Assembly: GCA_054600435.1 (NCBI GenBank)
Contig: BAAIJX010000019.1
Span: 124,001 to 188,000 of the forward strand
Reading direction: 5' to 3'
Source of the DNA: Neophaeotheca triangularis
Lineage: Eukaryota
Length of the DNA: 64,000 nucleotides
The notes under the pieces were generated by a model. It had not been told where the DNA came from. It did no database searches and saw only the letters and a list, made by a program, of their open reading frames with translations. Positions 35,510 to 48,469 of this stretch are shown in pieces. The translations under genes were made by a program, and so were the position numbers. How positions within the stretch are numbered: the stretch's first letter is position 1; each line of letters begins with the position of its first letter.

Positions 35510-36853
35510 TCATGAGGCAGACATCCCAACGCCGTTATTGGCGGCAGCATCCCTAAAGAACCTTATTACCCGAGTACCATCTCCCCAGACGAACTCCCGA
35601 ACGACTGCTACATCGATGGGCTCTTTGTCCGTATCTTTCTTGCTCGCAGCCTCCTCTTCACTTAGGGCGAACATCATCTGCATCATTTCCATCCTCAACT
35701 TCTCCACAAAATCAAGCCCAATCTTGCCGTGAGTTTCAGCGGGAGCCATAGGTAGGTAGGGGCGGGAGTGGTTGTGCTGCGACTTCATCCATGTGGCGAC
35801 ATCAGGCCTCTCGAGTCCATGCTTAGGATTCTCGATACGCGCCGGAGGATAAGTCTGGTGGGACATGAGGTCACCTTTGGTTATGAAGATGCGTAAGGCG
35901 TCCCAGTCAAGCTTTGTGCGGTAGGCCAGACGAAGTATAGTGAGTAGCATTTGCGACTCTGCCAGTTTCCCATTCTCGTAGACTTCCTCTGGCATGTAAA
36001 TAGGGCGTTCGAAGGCGGGGTTCATGTATTGCAGCTTGCCCTGGTGTATTGGAATCTGGAACTCGATCGCACGCGCTCGCTTCAATTTCTCGATGCTGAT
36101 GACGGGGCAAAACGGTATCTTGTCGAAGAGGTACTTTCGCCTTTGCTGGTTGGGGGCTTTGTTGGGGCATACGAGATCGCAGTAGTTGATATGGAGTACG
36201 ATCGTTTTGCTGGCGTAAAAAATAGGAAGTGTGTCGTAACGAGTGCGATACGAGACGCGGGTAATGGGTGGTTCAGCGATGACTGAACGTTCGCGCTTTT
36301 CCTGTTCGTCGGGGTAGGTGTGACGATTGTACTGGAGGTCTTCGCAAATTGTCAGTGCTATCTTGCGAGATCGCGTGTGGGTGGGATAGCTCCTACCGAT
36401 ACGATCGTCACCCTGCTCGAAGGCCGCTTTCTTCGCGACTGAGTTTTTGAATTCGTCATTCTTGTGCCCAGAATCCACCGCATCCGCCACAACGAACTCG
36501 TAGATCCTGTTCTGAAGCTCTTGCGGCAGGTCCATCAAGCGGAAAGTTTGATCTCTGGACTTTGGCTGGAGCGCAAGAGAGCTCTGAGCCAGAAGTGTCG
36601 TGGTTGCCGCTAGGTCTGCCGCTGGTTGTCGTCGGAGCATTTCCTCCACATCAAACCAGTCTCGGTTGACAGGACGGAAACGGTTCCCAAGGCAGGGAGA
36701 GCAGTTCTGGCTTCGGACTGGCCGATTCTCCCCTGACGGTTGGGCCTGTGAGTCATTTGATTCGGGAGTTGGCTGGGAACAGTGACCATGTTCACAGTGG
36801 CCAAAGGGTTGAGAGATTGAGAGCGAGGCCATAAGGGCCGCTGCTTCGTCCAT
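35510..36853 (-). CDS. Orphan family X member 3 (F-box/2EXR-like motif)
   Basis: FRLMDLPQELQNRIYEF, EPPITRVSYRTRYDTLPIFY and FCPVISIEKL; first ATG at 36853. Confidence 0.7.
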   Translation of the reverse strand: MDEAAALMASLSISQPFGHCEHGHCSQPTPESNDSQAQPSGENRPVRSQNCSPCLGNRFRPVNRDWFDVEEMLRRQPAADLAATTTLLAQSSLALQPKSRDQTFRLMDLPQELQNRIYEFVVADAVDSGHKNDEFKNSVAKKAAFEQGDDRIGRSYPTHTRSRKIALTICEDLQYNRHTYPDEQEKRERSVIAEPPITRVSYRTRYDTLPIFYASKTIVLHINYCDLVCPNKAPNQQRRKYLFDKIPFCPVISIEKLKRARAIEFQIPIHQGKLQYMNPAFERPIYMPEEVYENGKLAESQMLLTILRLAYRTKLDWDALRIFITKGDLMSHQTYPPARIENPKHGLERPDVATWMKSQHNHSRPYLPMAPAETHGKIGLDFVEKLRMEMMQMMFALSEEEAASKKDTDKEPIDVAVVREFVWGDGTRVIRFFRDAAANNGVGMSAS

Positions 36854-37369
36854 CTTTTGTTTGAGGGCTTGGAAGCGAGAAGTGGCAATGAGTGGTTTGA
36901 CTGAAGGAGGCTTCGTGCAAGATTGCAATTGTTGCGAAGGTAATTGGTCGAGAGGTAAGTTGAAAAGGCGTTGCCGTACGCGTGGCGGAAGTAGTGTTTC
37001 CCAAAGTGAATGAATCGCAGCGCAGGATTGAAATACAAGGTAGTGACTCGGGTGAGAGCTAGCCAAAAGAGTAACTGCTGATGCTAACTCGAACGATGTG
37101 AAGATGTAGTGTCAAGTGAAAGGAGTTGCCGGGGTTTGGTTGCAAAACGCGACAGGTGATTTTCTGCTGTATAGCGCACGTTCCACTATAACAACATCGC
37201 AAATATGCTATTTATCGAGCACCTGTCCATATACACAGGTAATGTACACAGACCCATTCATGGTGAAAAGTCTCCTACCTCTGCATGCAAGGTAAATGTT
37301 AAGAGCTCATATTGGTCCGCTCCTTGATAGATATAATAATGCAACCAAAAGAAAGCCTTTCTCAATGCG

Positions 37370-37380
37370 CGTCTCGAACA
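37370..37380 (-). promoter_or_regulatory. Pol III B box-like element downstream of U6 copy 2
   Basis: TGTTCGAGACG on the minus strand, 40 nt past the terminator. Confidence 0.55.
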
Positions 37381-37420
37381 CAAAGCCTCTTCTACTCCCT
37401 CCCTTTTTTCCAAATCAGGC

Positions 37421-37524
37421 AAAAAAAAGTTTGGTAGCTCACTTTACTTGCATGTGTCATCCTTAGTGCAGGGGCCATGCTAATCTTCTCTGTATTGTTT
37501 CAAATTGACCAAATGCCCGAAGGC
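37421..37524 (-). ncRNA. U6: U6 snRNA copy 2 (variant B)
   Basis: GCCTTCGGGCATTTGGTCAATTTGAAACAATACAGAGAAG...T8; body identical to copy 1 except nt 4, 12 and 13. Confidence 0.97.
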
Positions 37525-39221
37525 AAGAGGCTTTGATGTTTGCTGAATATACTGTTTAAAGTACTTTGTTGCCTAGATGCCAGAGACTCATGTGTATCTC
37601 AGTGAGAGCGCGGTGGCCACGTTGTGTTCTCGAGGTTGCAATGTACAGGACCGCTGGAGAATCTCTTCGCAGGCTGCTCCTGAAAAGCATTCGACCATCC
37701 AACAATTGATTGGGACGTGAGCAGTTGGCAGGAAACCAAGTCGAGAGGCAGCTGATATGGTTTCACGCTGAGGTTGGCAACACTTTCGGTACTTGAGGTT
37801 GTTATCAAAACTGGTGACTTCCAATGCTGGATACCTCGTACATAGATTATTCAATCAAACAATGCTCAATCAACTTCTCCGCAACCACATGTGCGAAGCC
37901 GCAGTCGAACTCAAGCCCCTGGAGAGGGACTCCTTGAACGCCTTCCAATGCCTCCCACTTTCTGGAGATGAAATTGAAAAAACTCCCGGTCATTGAGCTT
38001 CCTACCCTTGAGGCTGTCCTCCTTGATACCTTCGCCATTCTCCGGGCGCTTGACAGCAACACGATGCATGATCTTGTTTGCCGCTTTACCATTGGGCATA
38101 TCTGCTATGATATGTTCAGTGACGGATAGCTAGTTGAATGGGAGGCAATATATCAATAGATTGCTTATGGGGTTTGAGCAATGTGGAATCGCAACACGAA
38201 GGCACATCTTTGTCTAGCAGCACTAGAACTGCAGACAGTAAGCGAGGCAGACTTGGAGAGACCGTTGACAGAGCAATAGCTGTGAGAGGATTGTACCACT
38301 ATTTCCAATTATGAAGTTCGACAGAGCGCATTGCTCTAGGGTTGAACAGCCTTCGTGATGTTCGATGATTTGAGCCTGCATGTTATGCGGCAGTTCTAAC
38401 AGATATCGTCTAAGCAAAGAGCTTGCACAGAAGACGCCCTGCAGTGGAAAACGATTGTATTCGGTCTTTGTCTGTTACTGTAATATAACTTACCTTCTTG
38501 GAAATAGGAGATCGTTGTGACAGTGTGCAGTGGTCTCTATTACCAATGCTCATCCAGCTAGATAGCAGATATGAATCACAGGAGGGAAACCACGAAGATA
38601 CTTAGTGTTACCTAGTGCAATGGTGGTTATTGGAGGGCTCCACGTGGGGCACGCCATCGCCCGCTGTCCATGACATCTGGGCGTCTGATCTGAAGGTAGG
38701 TTAAAGAGCGAGCTCTTCATGCGTTGCACCAATTCTCGAGGCGGCTCCTCTAACACACCAATGGAAACGTCAAGTAAGCGGTCATGTGGTAAACTTATTG
38801 ATGGACGAGGTGAAGTTGCCTCGTTACGAGCCAAGACCGAAGTACTGACGTTCTCGAAGCAAAAAAGCCAGCGATCGCGCCATCTGGACCCGAGAGCGGT
38901 TTCGGCCAATCAAATGAGTGTTTTATAAGCCGGTGGCAGAAAATGTGGGGGGGACAAGGGTTTGGGGAAGCTCGAACGAGACAACGAGACGACTTTTTGC
39001 CGACGCCGACGGGATTGACTGACTTCTTTGCCTCCCGACTTCGCTCGCTCGCTCTCATTTACTACAACAAGCAGACCCTTTGTCTCTTGACACCACCAAC
39101 AACAACCACTACCATCCGAACCTTTTACGGGTTTCAGAGGATGAAATAGCAGCAATACACCCCCCTTCCCACAACCTCCCCCATATTCATCTGATTGCTG
39201 GGACTGGCTCACCCTCCAAGC

Positions 39222-42200
39222 ATGACCAACGTCCTTTCAGCGGGCGAGGCCGGTATGTGCCTATAAGAAACCCCTCCATGGCGGCAACACCGTACACTGA
39301 ACAGAGAGGATGTGATATTGACAGCAGTCCCCAGTCGCCCGCATCGCCTACCTCTCCTCCGACACCATCATCTCCGTCCAAGCCTCCCTCGCCACAGACT
39401 CCGAGTTCTCTAAATTTCTCACACAATACGCCTCGAACCAGGCCCACTCCCTCGTCTGCTCAACTCTCCCCGAAATCCTCCCTGTTCGCCACAATGCCGA
39501 CCCCCTTCTCTCCGCCTTCCAGCCGCTTCGCAGTGGCAAGATCACATCCGTGACTACGAGCTCGAATGTGCTGCTGAAAAGCATTCCGCACTTGTACAAG
39601 CTTGCGCAGTACCCAATCGTACTCCACGTGGCTCTTCACCCAGGCGGATACCCTGATTACGGCGATATCACGAGCATTAGAAATACTGGCTTTACATTCT
39701 TGCAAAGCACAAGGTTGCAGGAGGCGCAGGATCTGGCATTGACCGCTCACGCCCTCGCAGTCCGGACAGGAAAGGGTGTTATTCACTTTTTTGACCCGGC
39801 AAACTCGGCCGAGGATTTGCCTGTGCAGCACGAAAGCAGGGACTTGGTGAGCCAGGTGCTCAACTTGGATTTGGTGAGGGCGTGCCAGGGTGCAAAGAGG
39901 AGCGATGATACTCTGTACGTCAACGACACACAAAACACCCAAGCTCCGGTAGTGGCTGGTTTGGCTGGCGCAGAGCTTCCCACGAGAGGAACTGCTACAC
40001 CTAACGGACCTTCTACTCGTGATCCCTCTACGACCTCCAGCTCGTCCTCGGACCGTAAGGGCAGCTCGTCTGGCGCGTCTGAGGCAAGCTCAGCAACTAC
40101 TGTTGATTCGCAACCCGCCAAGCCGATTAGCTCTGAGGATATCGATACGGTTTGCGCGGCCATTTGGTCGCAGATCAAGGCTTCGACTGGACGGTCTTAC
40201 TCTGCTTTCAACTACACTGGGCCTTCGAATGCGGAAGCCGCGCTTTTCCTTTTCGGCTCTGACCCTGGTTTGTTCAGCGCAGAGTTCGATGCCGCAAGCC
40301 CCGCCGATTTCTTTAACTCGGTCGGTCTGATCACTCCTGTGCTCTATCGGCCATGGCTCCCGAATCGTCTGTTGGAGGTGCTGCCGAAGAGCGTGAAGAA
40401 GGTTGCTGTTCTTGAGCAAGTCCGGAGGAAGACAACCAAGTGGGGCCCTATCCTGCTCGATGTGCTTAGCTCGCTCAAGACTCAACCTTCCGGCAGTGAT
40501 CTGCGCATTGTCGGATATCAGCTTGGCTACATCGAGTACACCACCGTAACGCAAGCGTTGAGCGGTATTTTCCAGAACTTGCTTTCGGACGCTCCTATCC
40601 AGAACTTGGAAGTTGGAGCGCACGATGGTCCGAAGTCCAGCTTGAGCGGCTCCCAGAAGGAGTATGAGCTCAACGAGCCTGCTCTCGAGAACGCTTACGT
40701 AAAGGTTCTCCAGAAGCTTTTCGATGAGCGACTCTACGTCGCCAATGCCATCACTTCCAAGGACGCTGGCATTTCGCGCGACATCGGCAACAGTCCGGCT
40801 TACGGTTTCGGTTCCCTTCTGGCACGCAAGGAACACCGCAAGCGATTCATCAGCGAGGTGCAACGGCTAGCAAAGAGCAAAGAATTCACAACTTCCAGCC
40901 CGCAAAGCTGGCTCTCCAACTGGGCTATGGTTGCGAACGAGGCTGAAAAGGCCAATGCCATCACACCAGATGTCCTTGCCCGCCTCGGCACCGATGGTTC
41001 GCCCGCTGCCGCTAAGTTGCTCCGGTCAAAGGGTCTCTTCTACAACGAGTCCCAATGGCTCATTGGCAGCGACGCTTGGGCTTACGATCTCGGCAACAGT
41101 GGTGTCCACCATGTTCTCGCTTCCGGTGAAAACGTCAACATGCTCATCGTCGACTCGACCCCCTACTCCGAACGCGCTGCCCAAGACGCTGCTAGGCGGA
41201 AGAAGGACATTGGCCTGTACGCCATGAACTTTGGCAACGCTTACGTCGCCAGCGTTGCTGTTTACAGCTCGTACACGCAGGTGTTGCAATCGATGCTCGA
41301 AGCTGAGGCTTTTGACGGTCCATCAGTTGTCGTCGCCTACCTGCCATACCACCAGGAAGAGGCTTCGGCTTTGGAGGTGCTGCAAGAGACCAAGAAAGCT
41401 GTGGATGTCGGATACTGGCCTCTTTACCGCTGGGATCCCAAGGCTGAAGCCAAGGGCGAAGAGTGCTTCAAGCTAGACTCTGAGCGTATCAAGAAGGAGC
41501 TGCAGGAATTCCTGCGTAGGGACAACCACCTGAGCCAGCTTATGCGTAGGCATCCCGAGTTCCACGCCAACCTGTCTGAAAGCTATGGCAGCGAGGTGCG
41601 CAAGGTGCAGAAGAGGCGAGCGAAGGACGCTTACGAGACGCTGCTTGAGGGTTTGCAGGGCGCGCCGCTGACGGTGCTGTTCGCAAGTGACAACGGTAAT
41701 GCAGAGACGCTTGCGAAGAGACTGGCAAACCGCGCCAAGGCCAGGGGTCTGAAGGGCATGTGCATGGCAATGGATGACTACCCTGTTGAGGACCTGGGCA
41801 CAGAGGAGAATGTGGTGTGCATCACCGCCACCGCCGGTCAGGGAGAGTTCCCTCAGAATGGTCGCAACTTCTGGGAGGCTGTGAAGAACAGCACCGACCT
41901 CGACCTTGCTGGTGTCCAGTACTCCGTGTTTGCGTTGGGTGACTCGCACTACTGGCCTCGCAAGGAAGACAAGCACTACTACAACAAGCCTGGCAAGGAC
42001 CTCTTCGCCAGAATGGCTACCCTCGGCGGCAAGCAGTTGGTGGACTGCGGGCTCGGTGACGACCAGGACCCTGACGGCTACCAGACTGGGTACGCTGAGT
42101 GGGAGCCCAAGCTGTGGGACACGCTCGGCGTTAGCAACGTCGAGGGCCTGCCTGAGGAGCCACCGCCAGTCACCAATGAGGACATCAAGATCAACTCCAA

Positions 42201-43948
42201 CTACCTGCGGGGTACTATCGCCGAGGGTTTGACTGACCCCAGCACTGGTGCCATAAGCGCAGCTGATCAACAGTTGACCAAGTTTCACGGTATCTACATG
42301 CAGGACGACCGCGATCTTCGAGACGAGCGTAAAGCTCAAGGTCTCGAGCCAGCCTATTCCTTCATGATTCGCTGCCGTCTTCCGGGTGGTGTCGCTACGC
42401 CATTGCAGTGGCAGCAGATGGACGCTATCTCCAACCAGATGGGTAACGAGACCATGAAGCTCACCACCCGTCAGACCTTCCAGTTCCACGGTGTTGTCAA
42501 GGGCAAACTGAAGCCGGCCATGCAAGCCATCAACCAGTCTCTCATGACCACCATCGCCGCATGTGGTGATGTGAATCGTAACGTCATGTGCTCAAGCTTA
42601 CCGCAGCACAGCCAGTACCACGCTGATGTGCACGCCGTGAGCAAGAAGGTCTCCGACCACTTGCTGCCATCCACCACAGCTTACCACGAGATTTGGCTCA
42701 AGGAGGACGGCGCCGACAAGGTGCAAGTTGCCGGTGATGCTGTCCAGGACTTCGAGCCCATGTACGGCCCCACCTACCTTCCCCGAAAGTTCAAGATTAC
42801 CATCGCTATCCCGCCGCACAATGACACTGACGTCTACGCACATGACATTGGTCTCATTGCTATCAAGGGTGCTGATGGTCGTCTCGAGGGTTTCAACTTG
42901 CTGGCTGGCGGTGGTATGGGTGTCACTCACAACATGAAGAAGACCTACCCGCGTACAGGCAGTATGTTCGGGTACGTCAGCAAGGAGGATGTCCACATTG
43001 CTTGCGAGAAGATCATGCTGGTTCAGCGCGACAACGGTGATCGCAAGAACCGCAAGCATGCCCGCCTAAAGTACACCATCGACGACATGGGCGTCGAGGC
43101 CTTCCGCAGTCAAGTGGAGGAGCTCTGGGGTAAGAAGTTCGAGGCTGAGAAGCCTTTCCACTTTGACTCCAACATCGACACTTTCGGCTGGCAGAAGGAC
43201 GAGAATGACCAACACCACTTCACCATGTTCATCGAGAACGGCCGCATCGAAGACACTGCAGAGTTCCCCATGAAGACCGGTCTCCTCGAGATTGCCAAGC
43301 TTGGCATCGGCGAGTTCCGTTTGACGGGCAACCAGCATCTCATTCTCTCCAACATCCCAACCGACAAGCTCCAAACCATGAAAGACATGCTTGCAAAGTA
43401 CAAACTCGACAACACCAACTTCTCCGCGCTCCGCTTGTCCTCCTCCGCCTGTGTGGCTTTCCCAACCTGCGGCCTTGCCATGGCGGAATCCGAACGCTAC
43501 CTTCCCGAGCTCATCACCAAGCTCGAGTCCACCATCGAAGAGGAGGGTCTTCGCCAGGACAGCATCGTCATGCGCATGACGGGATGCCCCAACGGCTGCG
43601 CCAGGCCTTGGCTCGCCGAGGTCGCCTTTGTCGGTAAAGCCTACGGCGCTTACAACATGTATCTCGGCGGCGGCTACCACGGACAGCGCCTGAATAAGCT
43701 GTACCGCAGCAGTATCAAGGAGGAGGAGATCTTGGGCATTTTGAGACCGCTCATTAAGCGGTATGCGCTTGAGCGCGAGGAGGGTGAGAGGTTTGGAGAC
43801 TTTTGCGTCAGGGTCGGTGTCATTAACCGCACCATTGAGGGCAAGACTTTCCATGATAATGTAAGTTGATTTCCATTCTTGATTGACCTGTTGATAGCGG
43901 ATTACTGACTGGCTTTCGCAGACTGCCGAGGTTGAAGACGACGAGTAG
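39222..43948 (+). CDS. met5: Sulfite reductase (NADPH) hemoprotein beta subunit
   Basis: PFOR-like domains (WLIGSDAWAYD), flavodoxin (ASDNGNAE, TAGQGEFP), siroheme/4Fe-4S CVAFPTC...GCPNGC; introns at 39253-39334 and 43861-43921. Confidence 0.95.
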
Positions 43949-45463
43949 AGTGCTCCGAGGAATGTTTGATGCACGCATGGATTGGGTGATTTGCCATGCT
44001 ATGCTATGCTATGCGACCGTTGCGACGCGATGCTACGTGTTGTTGTCTTGCTAAGTTGGTTTCTCGTGTGCTTCTGGCATAGCTTTGCTCGGCGTTGGTT
44101 GATGGCTTACTTGCGGTTTCGAAAAAAACGGTACTGGCGGTCGGTCTGTGCCCCGTTCGATGAGTACTTGTAGATAGCCGTCGTAGCTTTTGTTACTTGA
44201 CTCACTTTACAATCGTGTCTTTGGTCCTTGTCCGCTTGGGTGGGTTGTTAGGCGTTAGTTAGCCGAGGGGGAGCTATAGCATAGGGTTAGAGTTTGAGAT
44301 GTTGGAAACTGCCCTCCCCTTGAGCAAGGACCGGGCAAAGTTCTGTCCTGGGCGCTGCTCTACGGTACGGGAGTTGACACGAAGCGGCGAGACTTACACG
44401 GAGCAAGTGGCTCGATTGCCGGCCGTAGGGCTTGGGATAGAGCTTGATCGTCATCCAGGGCGCCGGGAAGGCCTTACCGGAGATGTCAAGGTGACAGAGA
44501 GCCGGTAATCTGAGTTAGGAATGGGGGAAAACGCGGACGAAAGGGCGTCTTCCGGGCATAGCTATTAGATACGCGAGCTTACACTACTTGGTGCGATTCT
44601 TTAGCCATTGCTTAGATAGAGGCACTAAACCGCTCGACTAGGGGATTATGTATGAGCACAGATAAGCCGCGAGAGATCGCGAAGCGCTGTAATTAGCGCT
44701 ACTAGCGATTCGTATATATGTGGTCTACTTCTAGAAAGATGTTCTTGTGGACAAGCCTTGAGCTCGGGGCAAGTTCATGACAGATTTTGTTGTTGTCCTC
44801 GAGGGGTAGTAAGGATCGAATCCTTGGGCAAACCCTTGTATAGTCCGCCGTGTGGTAAGAACAGCTCGTTGTAATGCCGCTGAGAGGCTACAGCCACTAA
44901 AAGAGCACCCGCATCCCGGTAAGAAACAGGCCATGAAATTCTGAGGATGTAGCTTGTTGACCTGAGAATGCCATGTTTAGAGTCCGGTGACGGCCAATTT
45001 GACACTCTTCTCGGCGGTTATTAGCACATCATCTCAACAGGCCACGAGGTGTTGGAGGAATGCAATGCCCGTACGACGGCCCATTCACGACGGCAGTCCA
45101 ATACAATTCAGCGACAATTATCGCCGGGAGACTAGTAACGTGAAGACACTGATGTTTAAAGAGTGGACATTTGATTGAAGCGAAGCAGTAACTTCCTACA
45201 AGTAGCTGAAAACTCTCAGAAATGCCCGTACTCCCACCTCGGGAGACTCCAGTACTCAATCCCTCATCAGAATTGGCCCCTAGAACGTTCCAGTTGCAAC
45301 CTTCATACACCACGAGAAAACATTATGCCGAAAGACATCCTAACACCACATTCTTCGCATCCCGAAGACCGCAACCCAATACAGCATCGAAAGAAGCGCC
45401 ATTGAAAAGAAACGCAACAATCTCTCGTCCTCGCTTCACCATGCCAACTAAACCCCACACCTC

Positions 45464-47988
45464 TCAATCATCCTTCTCCCCCTCCTGCCTCTCCGTATCC
45501 TTCTCCGTCTCCCCCGTCTTCCCCAAAGCCGCTCCCGCAACCGGCAAAGCGATTCTAGGTGGCGCTCGAGCCCCGTTTACACCGGCTCTGGTGCGGGCTG
45601 CTAGGCCTGGGCGTAGCATTCGGGCGGTCGGGTCGTAGTCGCGGAGAACTTGGTCGATGCGGGAGTTGTCGGGGGTGCGGGGTTGAGTGGGGGAGGCCTG
45701 GGATGGGGTTTGGGTAGAGCCAGGGCCGGTGTGTTGGGTGAATTGGCGTTGGCGGATTGTCTCCGTCTCCAACTCTTGGGAGGTGAATTGCTCCGGCAGG
45801 GAGTCTGGTTGCTGCATGTGGAAAGTGTTGACGCCGCCCGGCCCGTAAATGTTCTGGTTGCGTGTCATGTTGTAGGCTATCTGAGGCCTGCGATTAGTAG
45901 GCTCATCCTTCGTTTCCTGGTTCTTTGGAGGCATTGTCGCTACTGGTACCAGAGCAAGAACTCACTTCAGGGTCAGGCACATTGCCACTTATTTGATCCC
46001 GCATGAACTGATCGTGATCAACCCGCTCGATCGGAAAGACAGATCCCTCATCCATCGCCCTGGGATCGATGCTACCAGATTGCACGAAAGCGGGGCGATC
46101 ATTGATCTGCATCGGCGACTGAGAAAACCCAGGAGGCGCAGCGGTAGTGGGGCGAGATTGGTGTAGAGGAACAGAAGCGCCGAGCCAAGCGGGAGGAGAT
46201 GGAAGAGCAGCGTTCGCTGCGGGAGCCGTCTGGTACCTCTTCGCCGTAGACTCTATGCTCTCCGTTGGCTTCCTCTTGCGACCTCCAGGAACTTTGCCAC
46301 CCCGAACGCTCTTTGGAGTAGCGGTCTCAGTGGTCTCGTCCTCGCCTTCCAGAATTCCCTCACCAATCTTCCTCGCCTGATCCTTTTTGGCGTTCCCATG
46401 CTTATTTTGCACTTTGCGCCTCTGGTAAGCGTTCGGGCCCTCCATGAAGGCTACCGTACCCTTGCCGTGCAAGATATCTAGACAGACGCGCTTGTCCAAA
46501 GCCAGCGCAGCTCGCATGTCTTCAAGACGTTGCTCAAACTTGAGACCCTTGCTGCGATAGTAGCCGTCGTTGTCGCCGCCGGTGGGATAGACGGCTGCAC
46601 CGCCGGCATGGTAGCGGTAAGTTACGAGGAACAGCAGGCGGAGACGGACGTTGACTTCTTCGTTCGAGAGCTTGGTGACGTTGAAAGCTTTCTGCTGGCC
46701 GAGGTAGTAGGATTGCTCCTTGTTGCTGGGGTCGCCTCCCGTTGTTGGGGTGTTGCAGGCGTCCAAGAAGAGTTTGACCCAGTAGTCGCTACCTTGGTCG
46801 AAGTGGTCGCTGTACCACGCAAAGTTGTCGACTTCGAGCCCCAGCGGCTCGTTGGCAGGGTATATCCTGTTCATGGCGGCTGTGGAGTCGATCTCGGGCA
46901 TCATCTTGAAGGTGCTGGTAGGCGCCTTCTCCTTTTGCTTAGTCCTCCAACATTTGGTGCACATCTTGCCACGGTTGGTCTTGGAAAAATTGAAGCCTTT
47001 GCCGCAGATCTTGCAGATTGACTCCTTCCCCCTTTTGGCCATGGGAACATCTTCTTCAGAAGCTTCTACTTCTTCTTCTTGGGTGAGCGGAGCACTGAAC
47101 ATGGCCCTTCCTTCTGGTGAGGTTCCACCCCTCTGCCCACTGAGCTGAGCACCAAAGCTTTCTCTTCCCTGTGGAGTGAAGCCAGATCCTGATCCCACCG
47201 AGCTGGTAACCATGGGATCCCCAAAGCCAGATTCCGATCTCATCGACCCAGAACCGTATGCAGCTGGGCATCCAGATCCAGTGTTGGAGGGAACTTGATA
47301 TCGATCCGGGGTAGCTTGCATCCCATAGGACCAATATCCCTCAGCCTGTTGTCCCTGCTGCGCACTGCGGGTAGCCCGTGCCAACTGCCGGTCAAATTCC
47401 TGCTGCGCCTGCTGCATCTGCTGTGCATGCGCATCCGGCCGGGTATGCAGATCCGGGAAGTACGTCTGGGTATCTGCTTCATAGCGATCTTGGTAGACAG
47501 GAGTCTGCGGAGCGGGAGGGTTCGCGTAGTACGGCTGCTGGACGTACGGAGGGTAAAGACTGCCCTGCCCCTGGACAGGTGGAGAAGGGTACTGGTTCGT
47601 AGTTGCGGCATCCTTGGCATCGGCATCGTCGGCGAAGATGTTGAAGCCGCCATCGTCGCCCTGGGCCCAGCGCTCGAGGTCTGGGTCATCCAGAATGTTG
47701 GCAAAGGAGGACGGTGCCACGTTGAGACCGGGAGATGGGGGAAAAGGGCCCGTTGGGATAGCCGAGGAGGATGGAATAGGGGTTGCCATCTGGGGCAGAG
47801 TCGGATCGCGGCGGTGCTGCCCAGTGGTTGGACCATTGCCACTTTCGACCGGAGCAAAACTGGAGGATGTGTTAGCTCTGACATGCATCGTTGTATTCGA
47901 TGTTTACTTGCCCCTGGCCGCCGAAGAGCTCTTCGAAATCTTCGTCTTGGTGGGCATGAAGCATGTCGTTGGGGTTGAGGTCCGACAT
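45464..47988 (-). CDS. Orphan family Y member 1, with CxxC..CxxC motif and low-complexity flanks
   Basis: ATG at 47988, GC-AG intron 47860-47911, second intron starting at 45965; CKIC...CTKC; core FEQRLEDMRAALALDKRVCLDIL...PNAYQRRKVQN..GN. Confidence 0.65.
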
Positions 47989-48469
47989 CTGGATGAATTA
48001 TTGCCTAGTTTAGGCAGATGAGAGTATTCGGAAGGGACCGAGGGTAATGGTAGTCGGATGGTGTTGAGGTATGAATATGGGTGGTAGGGATATCAGGGTA
48101 GGTTGGTAATCGAATGGTTTGATGATCTGGAAAGATGGATGTCGAATGGATGTCGGGTATGGTAGGTTGATGGGAAGTAGCAGCCTCTATCGAGGGTTTT
48201 GATCTCGACGAGCGTCGTTTGCTAGCCGCCTAATGACTGGTGTCGTCGAGTTGTAACTGCTGGAAGCGAAGGGGGATGACCTTGGACTGGTCATTGACCG
48301 TTCTTTGATTGTCCCGGGCATGCTCTACGTCGTTATGCGGGTACGATGGCAATTACCTGCGTTGAATTACTGCCTAGTTTGTCTTCTCGGCGCTCACAAG
48401 CCTGCTGTCAACCTGAAGTGTGCTGTCTTCGTAGCTGCACGGGATCATGAGCTGGCTACGCCCTCGACT

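Noticed and set aside
38640..38885. CACGTG and a near-ATGRYRYCAT (CYS-3/MetR-like) site upstream of met5
   Set aside because: Short, and the second site has a mismatch; not distinguishable from chance
41473..43974. Long antisense ORFs opposite met5 (and similar ones opposite Lon)
   Set aside because: Expected shadows of strong codon bias in the sense genes
44200..44730. TAG/CTA-rich stretch as a mobile element
   Set aside because: Composition hints at RIP, but no termini, repeats or coding remnants were identifiable
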